Shown here: piece after piece, positions 12,227 through 25,326 of the stretch
Layout of the letters: every line of letters begins with the position of its first letter
Position numbering within the stretch: the first letter of the stretch is position 1
Origin: Felis catus
Lineage: Eukaryota
DNA: 64,000 nt
Direction of reading: 5' to 3'
Assembly (NCBI RefSeq): GCF_018350175.1
Contig: NC_058369.1
Location: 25,422,001-25,486,000, forward strand
Made by a program: the position numbers and the translations under genes
The notes under the pieces: model-generated
Database searches by the model: none
Seen by the model: only the letters and a program-made list of their open reading frames with translations
Told to the model about the DNA's origin: nothing

Positions 12227-15200
12227 TTACCTGTAAAAAGTTCAACCGGGCTAGAAAATCTGTGATGTAACTTCCTAGGGGTTTAAGACTTGGATATGAT
12301 CGTGCAGCCCATATTTCTGGAACCTTTCCAACAAGCAAACTGCCAGAGAGTGCCTCCAGTGCAGAATCCATTACGACCAAACCCTTAATAGCTTTTTTAA
12401 GGTCCCGTAGAGTATTGCGTATAGTTCTAATTAAACTGCAAAGAAAAGAATCACATTATCGTTGTACATACGCTGGTAAATATTAACATACTGTTTTTCC
12501 AGAAAAAGAAATCTCTCTCACGGCTTTATGGGAGTGTTTCCCTGAATGTACTCACCTCCCTCTTGGTAATGGAAGGTACTTTTAGGTGATACTTGGATGA
12601 ACCTTTTTTAAGTTTATTTATTTTGAAAGAGAGAGAGAGCATGAGAGAGGCAGAGAGAGGGAGAGAGAGAGAATCCTAAGCAGGCTCCGCACTGTCAGTG
12701 CAGAGCCCGATGCAGCATTTGAGCTCACAAACTGTGAGATCATGACTTGAGCCAAAATCAAGAGTTGGATGCTTAACTGACTGAGCCACCCATGCACGCC
12801 TGGATGAAACTTTTTCATTTTAATCATTACGTAATACAGAAAATGGTACCAAACAGCATATCAAAATTGTTTTCTGGGTGTTATGGCTTAAGACCAGGCT
12901 AATTTAAGCAGAGGATGATTTGGGGGAAAATATTAGGTAAATGATGTTCCAGATGGCATGAAAATATGGAAGAGTTATAAACGTGTAATGCAAAGGCTGA
13001 CATTTGTGAAATGATGCATTAAAGCATAAAGCATATATTCACTGATATGCTTGCAAAGACTTTGCTTCTCACATAGGCCCAAACTGCTGAGAACACCATA
13101 AATATACCTGAAGTAAGGGTTTGAGGGTAGAAGCCTAAGCAACAGAGAGATAATATGGTAGTACATATAAACATGTATGGTCTTTAAATAAAAAATACTG
13201 AACTAAGGCATCATAGTGTTTTAATATGTTTTGTTTTTAAACGTCAGCAAATCCTGAAACCCAAATAAACTTGAAAACATCTTAGAAAACTCATGACCAA
13301 AACAATTTCTCCATCCCTTAAGCCGTATTGTACTGTAGAAAATTCAGTGAAAAAATTCAAAGGGGCACCTGGGTGGCTCAGTCAGTTAAGTGTCTGACTC
13401 TTGATTTCAGCTCAGGTCATGATCTCATGGTTCATGAGTTTGAGCCCCATGTTAGGCTCTGTGCTAACAGTGTGGAACCTGCTTGGGATTCTTTTTTCCT
13501 CTCTCTCTCTGCCCCTCCCTCACTCTTCCTTTCTCTCTCTCTCCCTCTTTCAAGATACATAAATAAACATTTAAAAAATTCAAAGCAAAAATTTGTTTGC
13601 TATCATGGGGTACCTAATCAACCTAGGTTGGACTCAGGAAGAAAAGGGAGGGTGCATGTGTCACATGGTGGAACAATGACACAAGAGGTAACTACATACA
13701 GGCTCAATTAATATTCATTTGGTCCTGAGTTCCTGAGGAGACTGGTAAAGGATGGATGAAAAATTATGATGAATGAATATTTTCACATAAATTTCACAAA
13801 AATAAATTCACATGTAAGTAAAAATAGATCTCATTTCCATCATCATTTTTGCATTCTAAAAGATACCCTCGCTTCTGGGGCGGAAGATGATACAACTTTA
13901 AAGAGTAGGAGTGGATCCTAAGGAAATGGCAGGTTTGGATAATTTTTTCTTAAAATTTTAATGTGTGTCTTTTTTTTTATCAACTTGGGTTGGTTGTCTT
14001 CTGAACCCACAAGGGTAGAGATCCTTACTTGTTAAATCTTTCCATTTCTTGTACTAACACAGTATTCATGCTCTCTTCATAGCTCACAGGATACTTCAAT
14101 AGTGCTGTTTCAATGTTGAAATCATTCGGTAGCTAAGAGAATGGGTTTGGAAGGTCACATATTACACTCAGAATGGATAATTCACTTCATTCAGCTGTCC
14201 TATCACTAATAGTTAACACAAGGCAGTTACTGTGGGCTGAGCATTGTGCTAGCTGCTTCCCATACATTATCTCATTTCACCTTTACCTTACACTCTCAGG
14301 TGGCCATTATCATCTCCATTATACAGATGAGGATATTCAAGTACAGTTAACCCTTGAATAGTGCAGGTTAGGGCACCAACTCCACACACCCCCCCCATAT
14401 AGTCAAAACTCCATGTATAAATTCAACTCTCCAAAAACTTAAAAAAAAATTTTTTTTTAATGTTTTTATTTTTGAGACAGAGACAGATCTCAAGCGGGGG
14501 AGGAGCAGAGAGAGCGGGAGACACAGAATCCAAAGCAGGCTCCAGGCTCTGAGCTGTCAGCACAGAGCCCAATGCGGGGCTCGAACTCACAGACTGTGAG
14601 ATCATGACCTGAGGTGAAGTTGGACGCTCAACCGACTGAGCCACACAGGTGCCCCCAAAAACTTTTTTTTAATTAAAAAAAATCTTTTTGATATTTGTTT
14701 ATTTTTGAGAGAGAGAGAGAGAGACAGACAGAGCATGAGCAGGAAAGGGGCATAGAGAGAGAGAGACACAGAATCCGAAGCAAGCTCCAGGCTCTGAGCT
14801 GTCAGCCCAGAGCCTGACGTGGGACTTGAACACATGGACTGTGAGATCATGACCTGAGCTGAAGTTGGACGCCCAACCGATTGAGCCACCCAGGTGCCCC
14901 TCCAAAAAGTTAGTTACTAATAACTACTATTGACTGGAAGCCTTACCACTAACATAAACAGTCAACACATATTTTGTATGTCATATGCATTCTATACTGT
15001 ATTCTTGCAATAAAGGAAGCTAGAAAGAAAATATTAAGAACATCTTAAAGAAGGGAAGAAACATATTACCGTGCTATATTTATAAAAATAAATTCATATG
15101 TAAGTGTATCTGTGCAGTTCAAACCTGTGTTGTTCAAGGGTCAACTGTACAGAGAGGTTAAATAACTGCCCAAGGGCACACAGCCAAAAGGTGATTTGTT

Positions 15201-18200
15201 TAAACTCACAAGTCTCTAACTGTAAAGCCCATGCTCTTTACTATAGGCTATGGCACTTTGCAGAAGATACAGATTTCTGAAAAGCCATGTGATTTCTTTT
15301 GTAAGCCGAATCTCATTTTCCACTGATAGAACAGATTTTCCATTTCATAACTGTTTTAGGGTTATTTTCAATCAGTTACTAAGTGGCTCCAAATAGCTTA
15401 GCTTACCCCACTTTCAAATAATTAATGTGTGACTGTAGCAGGGTTCCAGGTTATGGAGAGAGAAGACTATCTGATTTCTATGAGGCACCTCAGAGATGCT
15501 TGAGAAGTGAAGGGGACTTTGGGACTGATAACCAAGTCTTAAGACACTGGAAGTCACACTCCTAAAAGGCAAAGAAGTTTCCCAATCAGGGAAGTTCTGA
15601 ACAAAGAACTGAGCTGCCCAGAGTGTCTGTAGATGATGGTCCCTGAGTGGTGCAAAAGACTTACAAGAATGTAAGTCACACTAGCTGCTGTCATTCAAGG
15701 ACCCTTGATGCCAAATAAGTCCAAAATGCCACTGTTAGGTAACTTCCTGTTAGGGACCTTGTGAGAGCCATCATTCTGCAAGGGCCAGAACCACCACTCC
15801 CCATCCCCCGAGATAAACTGCAGAACCAGTAAGGGACCACGGGGGAGAGAGGCAAAGAGCAGAAGCAGCAGTCCAGGGGACAGAGTGGGAGGAGGCTGGC
15901 TGGCTTTCACCCAAGGGTTACAGCGGGGCAGCTCCCCTCTTTCTCCAGTGGCTGCAGCAATGTGTCCTGCGAGGAGGCTCTCCTTAAGGGGGGGGGGGCG
16001 TGCTGTCCATGGGTCTTCAAGACAGATGGACTATGGGTCAGGCTCTGCTCTGTCAGAATACTTGACACTGAAATATGGGGACAATTACAGTATTTACCCC
16101 AGAGGGGAATCGTGAAGATCTGCACATGTGATCATAATCCTTCTAAAGTTCCCTTTGTAGTTCCTTATGGAATTTAAGACAGAAAAAAGGTGACAGGAAA
16201 GAGTACCATCCCACTCTACCTAGTAGGCTAAGTACTTCGAGCTATATTATGAAGGAAAAAAAAGGTGTAGTTGCTAATTTAGTGCTGATCTTACCTTCCT
16301 GTGCCCCCTCACTCCCTAAGATACAGATTAAAAACTGTTCACTCCTTGAACCAGCAAATTCAGACCATTTCCTCCAGTTTTTAAAAAGTAGGTCTATTCA
16401 TTATCTTTGGAAACAATGATAAGTCATATGTTCATTCGCTCATCCACAACTATAGTTGCTAAGAACTTACTATGTGCCATCATGCAAATCATTTTAAATT
16501 CATGTTTTGTTTTTGTTTTAGAGAGCGTATGTGCACACATGAGCAGGGGAGGAGGAGGGAGAGACAGAGAGAATCCTAAGCAGGCTCCATGCTCCACATG
16601 GGGCTCGATCCCACAACCCTGGGATCATCACCTTAGCCAAAATCGAGAGTCGGATGCTCAACTGAGCGAGCCACCCAGGCACCCCAAATTCATGATCTTT
16701 TAAATGTTCACAAGAACCTTATACAGTTGGTACTATAATCACCACTTTACAGATTTGGGAACTAATCCTCACAAAGGCAAAGTATCTCACTCAAGATCCT
16801 AATGCTGTTCAACCGGAGTGCTCAGATTGCCATTTCAGGACCACTTTAATTTACATTATAAGCATCAGATTCTAAACTAAACATCACCTTGTTGAGAATA
16901 TCTTCAGTAATTTCTAATAGAATCTGGTCAGTACTTCCTGAGGACCTGGTCTGTTTGGAGCCTCCCTGGGTGAGAAGCAAGGACTCAAAGAGGACTTTGG
17001 TTTGATGCAGATCTTTGGAGATATCAACATTTTCATGTAATCCAAATATCTCAGGGTGTTGAGTAAATGGAAGTTTCTACCAGAAAACAGATGAAGAAAG
17101 AAGCATCACATTTTCACCAGATACATTAATTGAAAAGGTAAACACACGCAGCCCCAAAAGGGTTAAAAATCAACTACACATTAATCCGCGAGACATCAAA
17201 CTCTCCCAATTTTCAGTAATTTCTAGAAACAAAAGATACTGAAAGTTGACTGAAAACCATACTACTTGGCTAGCCCTCTATATTACAGGGGAACATTTCA
17301 TTATTTGCTTTTAGAAAAATCACACTTAGGTCTAACCCCATTTTCAGTGACATCAGTTACCTTAATGAATTCAATGTACTCATCGTAGGAGCCTTTGGGA
17401 GGTGCAAAATAGTTTCCACTGGGAGAAAACTTGTAATGAGGGTTTTCAATTATTTGTGGATTATAAAAGTCAGCCAGCATGGTTAAGAGGAGACGTCTGT
17501 CCCAATCATCTGTCACTCTTCCTCCATAGTTACATTCCCCAGTCAGGTAGGAGATGGCTTCAAATGGAATTGTGTTGTACTCATTTATAAATAACTGAAA
17601 CAAAGAAAAAATGAAGTGAGAAAAACCGTAAAGTCTTTCACGTCATTTCCATTTTAAGATGAAATTAAATGTCAACATGCATAGAGGTGGGGTTGAAAGA
17701 ATTATCACCATGAGTTACCTTTGGATGGCTGGGATTGTTCATATTTATTTTAAATTACTTTGCTTATCTGCATCTTCCAATTTGGTGGGGGGGCAGGGTG
17801 GGAAATAAACATGTATTGCTTCTGTGATAAGAAAACTGTTTAACAAAAAGAAGATGAAATGAAAATTACCAAGTCTTTTTCATATGGATTTGGGTAATTT
17901 GCCCTTGTTTTAGGGTATTGGTTGTTAATTAGGGGCAATTTTGTCCCCAAGGGGACATCTGGCAATATCTGGGGACATTTTAGATCTGTGGTTGGAGGTG
18001 TTACTGCCATCTAGTGGGCAGAAACTTGAGACGCTGCTAAACAGTGCACAGGACAGCTGCCCACAGTAAGGAGCTATCTGACCCCAAATGCCAAGAGCAC
18101 CAACGCCGAGAACCAGGTGCCTGGTTTTGGGCACTGTTTGCAATGTGATAAAAACAAAGAAATTCCAAACTTTAGTGCCAAAGCCTGGTTCACACAACAT

Positions 18201-21200
18201 GACACCATTTACAATAGTAATAAAAACTGGAACACCTGGCTGGCTCAGTCAGAAAAGCATCTGATTCTTGATCTCGGGGTTGTGAGTTTGAGCCCCAGTT
18301 GGGTATAGAGATTACTTAAATAAATAAAACTTTAAAAAGTAATAAAAACTACTATTTGCATAGCTTTTATATTGTCTTGTTCATCTCCCAATAACCCTGT
18401 AAAGTAGGAAACTGAGTCTGGGAAATGTGAAATGATATGAAGGCCTGAATTTTTTTCTCCTTTACATTTTCCCCCACACAGGAATTTTGGTAGTATATGT
18501 ATTGGGATGGTATAAGTTACTGGATGGGAGCTTTTTCTTGCCCCTGAAAATTACCTAATAGTGCAGGAATTATAGCAGAAATGGTACACAGTTAAGAAAA
18601 AATACCCCTAAATTATCCAGAGCCAACTTAAAAGAAGATATCAATCTTTTTTGGAGACTTCCATGTTTTCAGGAGGAAGAGAAGTATCAAGAGATATGAA
18701 TAGGAGACAGACAGAGGGAAAGTACTCTTTGGGGGGTGGGGCGTGGTGAATAAGTTATTTGTGAAAGAGGAGAGTTTCTCTCTTTCTTCTCTTTGGGGGA
18801 AAGAAAGGTGTGTTTAACTGGGTTTCCCTCCTTCCCCAAAACTAAAGGAAGAAACCACAAGAGAAATTCATGTTAAATTCATGGCAAATGCAAGATGTAG
18901 AGAACAACTCATTCCTTGGTTGTCTATCAACTTAGCCATCAGTTTCATTGATTAACCTTTTTGGAAGCAAGCAGTATTTTGCTGGTATGACTAGGTAAAG
19001 ATGGTTTAAAGACTGCCCCCTCTCAAGTACCCTGTTCTTGAAGATATAAAAGATAGATTTAATCTATGCCTTCCAGCTCCAGTGTTGGGACCAGAAAGGT
19101 TGATGACACCAGAGGCTGCAGGCAGGGGCCTGGCCAGAAGGTGGAGAATTCTCAGTTGACTGGTTTTCTGCAGTAGGATGGTTTTAGCAAGACATTCTCC
19201 AAGCTTGCGCTCTATCTACTAAATTATTTTTAAAAAACAAACAAACAAACCCAGTATTTAGAATCAATGTCATTTTATCATGTAATCGTGATTCTATAAG
19301 CACTAATTTCATCAGTTGTTCAGGGATTTTCAAATTGATACGTTTGTTCTAGTTAAGGTTTCTGCCTTGTGTAAAAGAAAAAAGAGGGGCACCTGGGTGG
19401 CTCAGTTGGTTGAGCATCTGATTTCATCTCAGGTCATGTTCTCATGGTTCATGAGTTTGAGCCCCACATCGGGCTCACTGCTGTTAGTGCAGAACCCGCT
19501 TCAGATCCTCTGTCCCCCTCTCTCTCTGCCCCTCTCCAACTCATGCTCGCTTTCTCTCTCAAAAATGAATAAACATTTATTTAAAAAAAGGAAGAGTTGA
19601 TAAAATATCAGCAGTTTCTATAAAAATTATTTGTTATGCTATAAATATGATTACATATTCATACCCTTACAAAACCCCACCTAAGTAAAACCTAATAGCA
19701 TCAGGTGGGTTTTATCAACACTTCTGGTTTCCCTTTATGAGGCTCCATGTCACAAAGGCTCTTGTCACAGCAAAGAAGCAGAAATATATTAATACTCTGG
19801 TTGTCCATCTGGATTACTATATTTAGTAAAATATGACAGAAATAATGGGAAAAGTATTGGGGTTGGAGAGACTGGAGTTCAAATCCTACCTCAATGGGCA
19901 AACTCATTTCTTAGCTTTGGTTTTCTCAAAAATAGGGATAATACCAACCTTACAGGGGTGCTGTGAGGAATAAAATTAATATAAGTAATGTGCCTAGTTC
20001 TAAGTCTGAGTCAGTAGGAATTTACAGCAGTTTTTTTTTTTTTTTTTTTTGCCGGGAGGGGGCCAGGGGCTGCTGACTATCAGAATAGATCACATTGTGA
20101 GTTTACAGAAACTGGAAAACCCTGCCACTCACTCTTCCAGCCTCTTTTATTTATTTTTTAAATGTTTATTTGTTTTTGAGAGTGTGAGCAGGGGAGGGAC
20201 AGAGAGAGAAGGAGACACAGAATCTGATGCAGGCTCCAGGCTCTGAGTGGTCAGCACAGAGCCTAATGCAGGGCTTGAACTCACAGACTGCAAGATCATG
20301 ACCTGAACTGAAGTCAGATGCTTAACCAACTGAGCCACCCAGGCACCCATTCCAGCCTCTTTCAGAGTTAAAGGTTAGACCTGCAAGTTAGACGTTGAAC
20401 TGGGGCTTAGAGGTCGAAAAAGCAGGAACAGCAAAGAATCTTTTTTTGATGACATCAGAGGGCCTGGAGTAGACCAGAGTCTGTGCAGCAGCTCTCTGAG
20501 CAGTGGTGTCTAATATTCAACCAGGGTTGAGGAGCTGCTGTTACCAAGACATGGTGTGAATCTGGATATGAGTCTGGATGCCTGGGCTGGCCAGCCATCT
20601 TGGTGATTCTATGATCTACCCAAATATTCATTTCATAAATTCCTTTTCTACTTAGAGCTAAATTGTAGCTTTGACTGAGCAGAGGAAGAGAGTAGAGAAT
20701 AATAAGGACCTATAGAAAGCCAACACTTAAGGAAGGCACTGCAGAAAGACAGAAAGAACCAAGGTCCTTGATGGCAACACTTGCTGAATCAACCAACTCC
20801 AGAGCCTGTCCTTCCTCTGTACCTCTTTATTATGTGAGATGATAAGTTCCATTATGGCTTAAGCCAGTTCGAATCAGGTTTTCTGTTACTTGCGGCAGCA
20901 GAAATCCATATAGAGATAGTGCTTCATAAACCATAGTTATAATTTTTACTACTATCTCCCACCTACTAGTGATGTTGGGAGGAGTAAGTTTACCTAAGCA
21001 AAGGGAATTGCCTAGGGCCTGACACACAGTGATCCTCCAGCAATGTTAATTCCTTTCTAATTTTACCTGTAGTTGTTGAATACTGATGCGTAAGTCAGAT
21101 TCATTAAATCCATATGGAATATTCCAACCAAGGGGACCAAATTTCTTCCTCTCTTGCACAAGGGCATGAAAAAAACAAACTCCAAACAGCAACTTCTCCC

Positions 21201-22194
21201 ATGCCTTTAGTATAAAAATTATGCAACAAGAGAAAATTTTGATCAGATTTCCATTAGTAAAATGAGGGGAATCAACAGTATTTTTCATTATATGAGTCTA
21301 TGATCATATATTTCTGCAAACTTCTATTTAAAAACAACGCATACTATAAAAACTATTAATCTTATGACTCAAAACCTCCAAAGCTAGACAAACTGCAATA
21401 TTAAACTTGATTAAAATGCAAAAGTTCTACCATTTGCCAAAGTAGTAGCTGCTAATACTTCGGTATTGTTTAGATATTTACAACTTCAGTAGCTCAATGT
21501 TATCCTGTAGCCTCACTGGCATATGCTCACTACAAGTGAGCAAACATAGTCATTATGATAGGAATAAACCCGAATACATAGTTCCTGATTCTATAACTTT
21601 CCATGTGGAGGTCACTTTTGAAACCCTTGTTTATGCTCTCCTGGCGTCTTCATATGTGTCGGTGCTCTGGAGGATGGCCATCCACCTCTATGAAGACCCC
21701 CTCCCCCACCGCCCCAAGTAAATTTCAAGTATGCTACCTTGATGGTTTAAGTTAGATCATTTCAAACATAGCTCCAAATGCAGTAAAAATCCTTCCAACT
21801 ACCTTCATATGATGCAGTAGTAGAAATTATTTTTATAATATTAAAGTACAAGCACAGGGGCACCTGGGTAGCTCAGTTGTATAAGCATCAGACTTCTGCT
21901 CAGGTCAAGATCTTGTGATCTGCGGTCAGTGGGTTTGAGCCTGACATCGGGCTGTGTGCTGACCCCTCAGAGCCTGGAAGACTGCTTTGGATTCTGTGTC
22001 TCCCTCTCTCCGCCCCTACCCTGCTTATGCTCTCTCTCTCTCAAAATAATAAACATTAAAATTTTTTTTTAAAAAATACAAGTACACCATGGCATTACTG
22101 AATACCTATATTCCTGAAATGTACATAAATTAAAGCATATTTTAAGTAATACTGAAAGAAAACTGTGGTGAAAGGTTTTTTTTTAATGTTTATT

Positions 22195-22234
<40 letters not shown>

Positions 22235-25200
22235 CAAACAGGGGAAAGGCAGAGAGAGAGGGAGACATAGAATCCAAAGTAGGCTCCAGGCTCTGAGCTG
22301 TCAGTACAGAGCCCAATGTAGAGCCTCAAACTCACAGACCGTGAGATCATGACCTGAACTGAAGAAAGCCGCTTAACTGACTGAGCCACCCAGGTGCCCC
22401 TGTGGTGAAACATTTAATAGGGGAAACCTTTTGGCAATGAGAGCAATAACCTAATTTATGTGTATTTCCCACATATTTTTACACAATGGAGTTTTTCTTA
22501 AGGAAGTCATAATCCCTCCACATTTTTGGTCTGTGCTTGTGGGCCAGAAACGGTCCTGTGGTATGAGAGAAATCTTGGGATTTCTTGCAGGAGCTCAAAC
22601 CCTAGATGGGGATCAGACATCATACCACCTTTTCCATTTTATTAAGCTCTTTTCCTAGCTAAAACACCAAATATCCTCCTTTTCTCCCAGACTTTCAAAT
22701 AAATTTATTGCTCAGAACTAGGGGCATGCAGAAGGTATGAAGCAGAGAGAAACTAGCTGGCTTACAAAGAATTCAATTCTTTATTTTCAATTCTATTATT
22801 TTTCTAGCTCAAATAGGCCAGTGTGATAAATGGCATGTTGCGGTGAGGGCAGGGAATCAATTTCCCTTAGTATTGACGTTTCTTTCCATGTGCAGAGACC
22901 TCAGTGTAACACTTCTGGATTTTCCCCATCCTTGCATTAATCACTGCAGGAGAAGGGACCTATCTGGTTGATAAATTCGGGAAAAGTTAACCAGATATGC
23001 TTTGCTCAGCTTTTCCCTCTTCGTCTTAGAAGTGAGCTTCCCTTGGGGAAGAAAATGTTCCTCTGTTCTCACTGAGGGTGGATAAGTCTGTTTAATTCTA
23101 TTCAGTGATGCCCCATTTGTTCACAGGTGTCTACTACATCTTCCAACCTAGTCTATATCAGTAACTAAGGTTAAAATTTCGTTCCCTTGAGGTGCCTGGT
23201 GGCTCAGTCGGTTAAGTGTCCAACTCTTGATTTCGGCTCAGGTCAAGATCTCACAGTTGGTAGGACTGGGCCCCACTTGGGATTCTCTCTCTCTCCCTCT
23301 CTCTCTGCCTCTCCCCCACTAACGTGCATGCACATGCTTTCTCTCTCTCTCTCTCACACTCTCAAAATAAACTTAAAAAAATTGTTCCCTTATGTTTATA
23401 CTTTTTCCTGTTTCTTAGTGGTTAATGAAAAAAAAAAGGTTGAGGGGCGCCTGGGTGGCGCAGTCGGTTAAGCGTCCGACTTCAGCCAGGTCACGATCTC
23501 GCGGTCCGGGAGTTCGAGCCCCGCGTCAGGCTCTGGGCTGATGGCTCAGAGCCTGGAGCCTGTTTCCGATTCTGTGTCTCCCTCTCTCTCTGCCCCTCCC
23601 CCGTTCATGCTCTGTCTCTCTCTGTCCCCAAAATAAATAAACGTTGAAAAAAAAAATTAAAAAAAAAAAAGGTTGATATTTATTTACTAGGACTCCTAAG
23701 TCCCCAATACCATGGGCAAATTACATGAGCACACTGAAAAGCATTAATATGTCAAAACAGTATCACTAGAATTTAAGTTCCATGATGGCAGATTTGTGGG
23801 GAGGTGTTTTATTTTATTCTCACTGCTTTATATCTAGTACCTGGGAAAGCACCTAACACACATTTTGTGAAAAGAAAGAATAAATGATATGAAAATAGAT
23901 TGCTACTCTTGGGTCTTAAACTCATTATTGGATTTTGGTGTACTAATTAAGATATGTTCATTCAGTCAACAAACATTTATTTAAATGTCTACTCTGTGGG
24001 AAGCAGAGCACAAACTGCTGGCAAGAAAATGATGAACAAGATAGGTACAATATCAGTCTTCTCAGAAAATGCCAAAGCTTAACATTATTAAATATTTATA
24101 TTACCATATTTTCTCACTTTAAAAACACATTTGAAAAGCTCCAGAAGCTGAACATTACCAGTTCCTTTCCCTGGCATCCACTGAAAAACTGAGAATCAGA
24201 AACGGGATCAGTGAGATATGATTGGAGGAGATTTAGCCGAAGACCTGTGGGAGGCTCATTAGTCATTTTTACTCCATTCTGTAGGATGGTTACTGGGAAC
24301 TAAAGACAGAATAAACAGAGCATTACACAAGATAAGCAGCTTGAATCCCCAAAATTCAAACACTAGTTGGTTAAAAGTGATATGAAAGAGGACTCCAGAA
24401 ATATATTTTTTTAAGTTTATTTATTTATTTAGAGAGAGAAAGAGGTGGGGGAGGGAGGGGCAGGCAGAGGGAGAGACAGAGTCCCAAGCAGGCTCTGTGC
24501 TGTCAGCACAGAGCCTGATGCAGGACTCCATCTCACGGACCATGAGATCATGACCAGAGCTGTAATCAAGAGTCAGATGCTTAACCACCTGTGCCACCCA
24601 GGCGTCCCACTCTAGAAATATTTTTTAAGACCTCTTAAGGTTAAGCATTTAAGGCTTGATTAAGATACATGACGTTGGGGGCGCCTGGGTGGCTCCGTCG
24701 GTTGAGCGTCCGACTTCGGCTCAGGTCACGATCTCACGGTCCGTGAGTTCGAGCCCTGCGTCGGGCTCTGGGCTGATGGCTCAGAGCCTGGAGCCTGCTT
24801 CCCATTCTGTGTCTCCCTCTCTCTCTGACCCTCCCCGTTCATGCTCTGTCTCTCTCTGTCTCAAAAATAAATAAACGTTAAAAAAAAAAATTAAAAAAAA
24901 AAGATACACGACGTTGGGTGCCTGGGTGACTCAGTCAGTTGAGCGACCAACTTCAGCTCAGGACATGATCTTGCTGTCTATGAGTTCAAGCCCTGTGTTG
25001 GGCTCTGTGCTGACAGCTCAGAGCCTGGAGCCTGCTTCAGATTCTGTGTTTCCCACTTACCCTGCCCCTCCCCCACTCATGCTCTGTCTCTCTGTCAAAA
25101 ATAAATAAACATTAAAAAAAATAGAAAATAAAAAAAGATATACAACGTAGGGGTGCCTGGGTGGCTCAGTCAATTAAGTGGCCAACTCTTGATTTCAGTT

Positions 25201-25270
25201 CAGGTCATGATCCTAGGGTCATGGGATTGAGCCCTGTGTTGGGCTCCACTGGGCGTGGAGCCTGTTTAAG

Positions 25271-25326
<56 letters not shown>

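Noticed and set aside
23444..23530. tRNA gene
   Set aside because: tRNA-derived SINE head continuing into the SINE body and tail.
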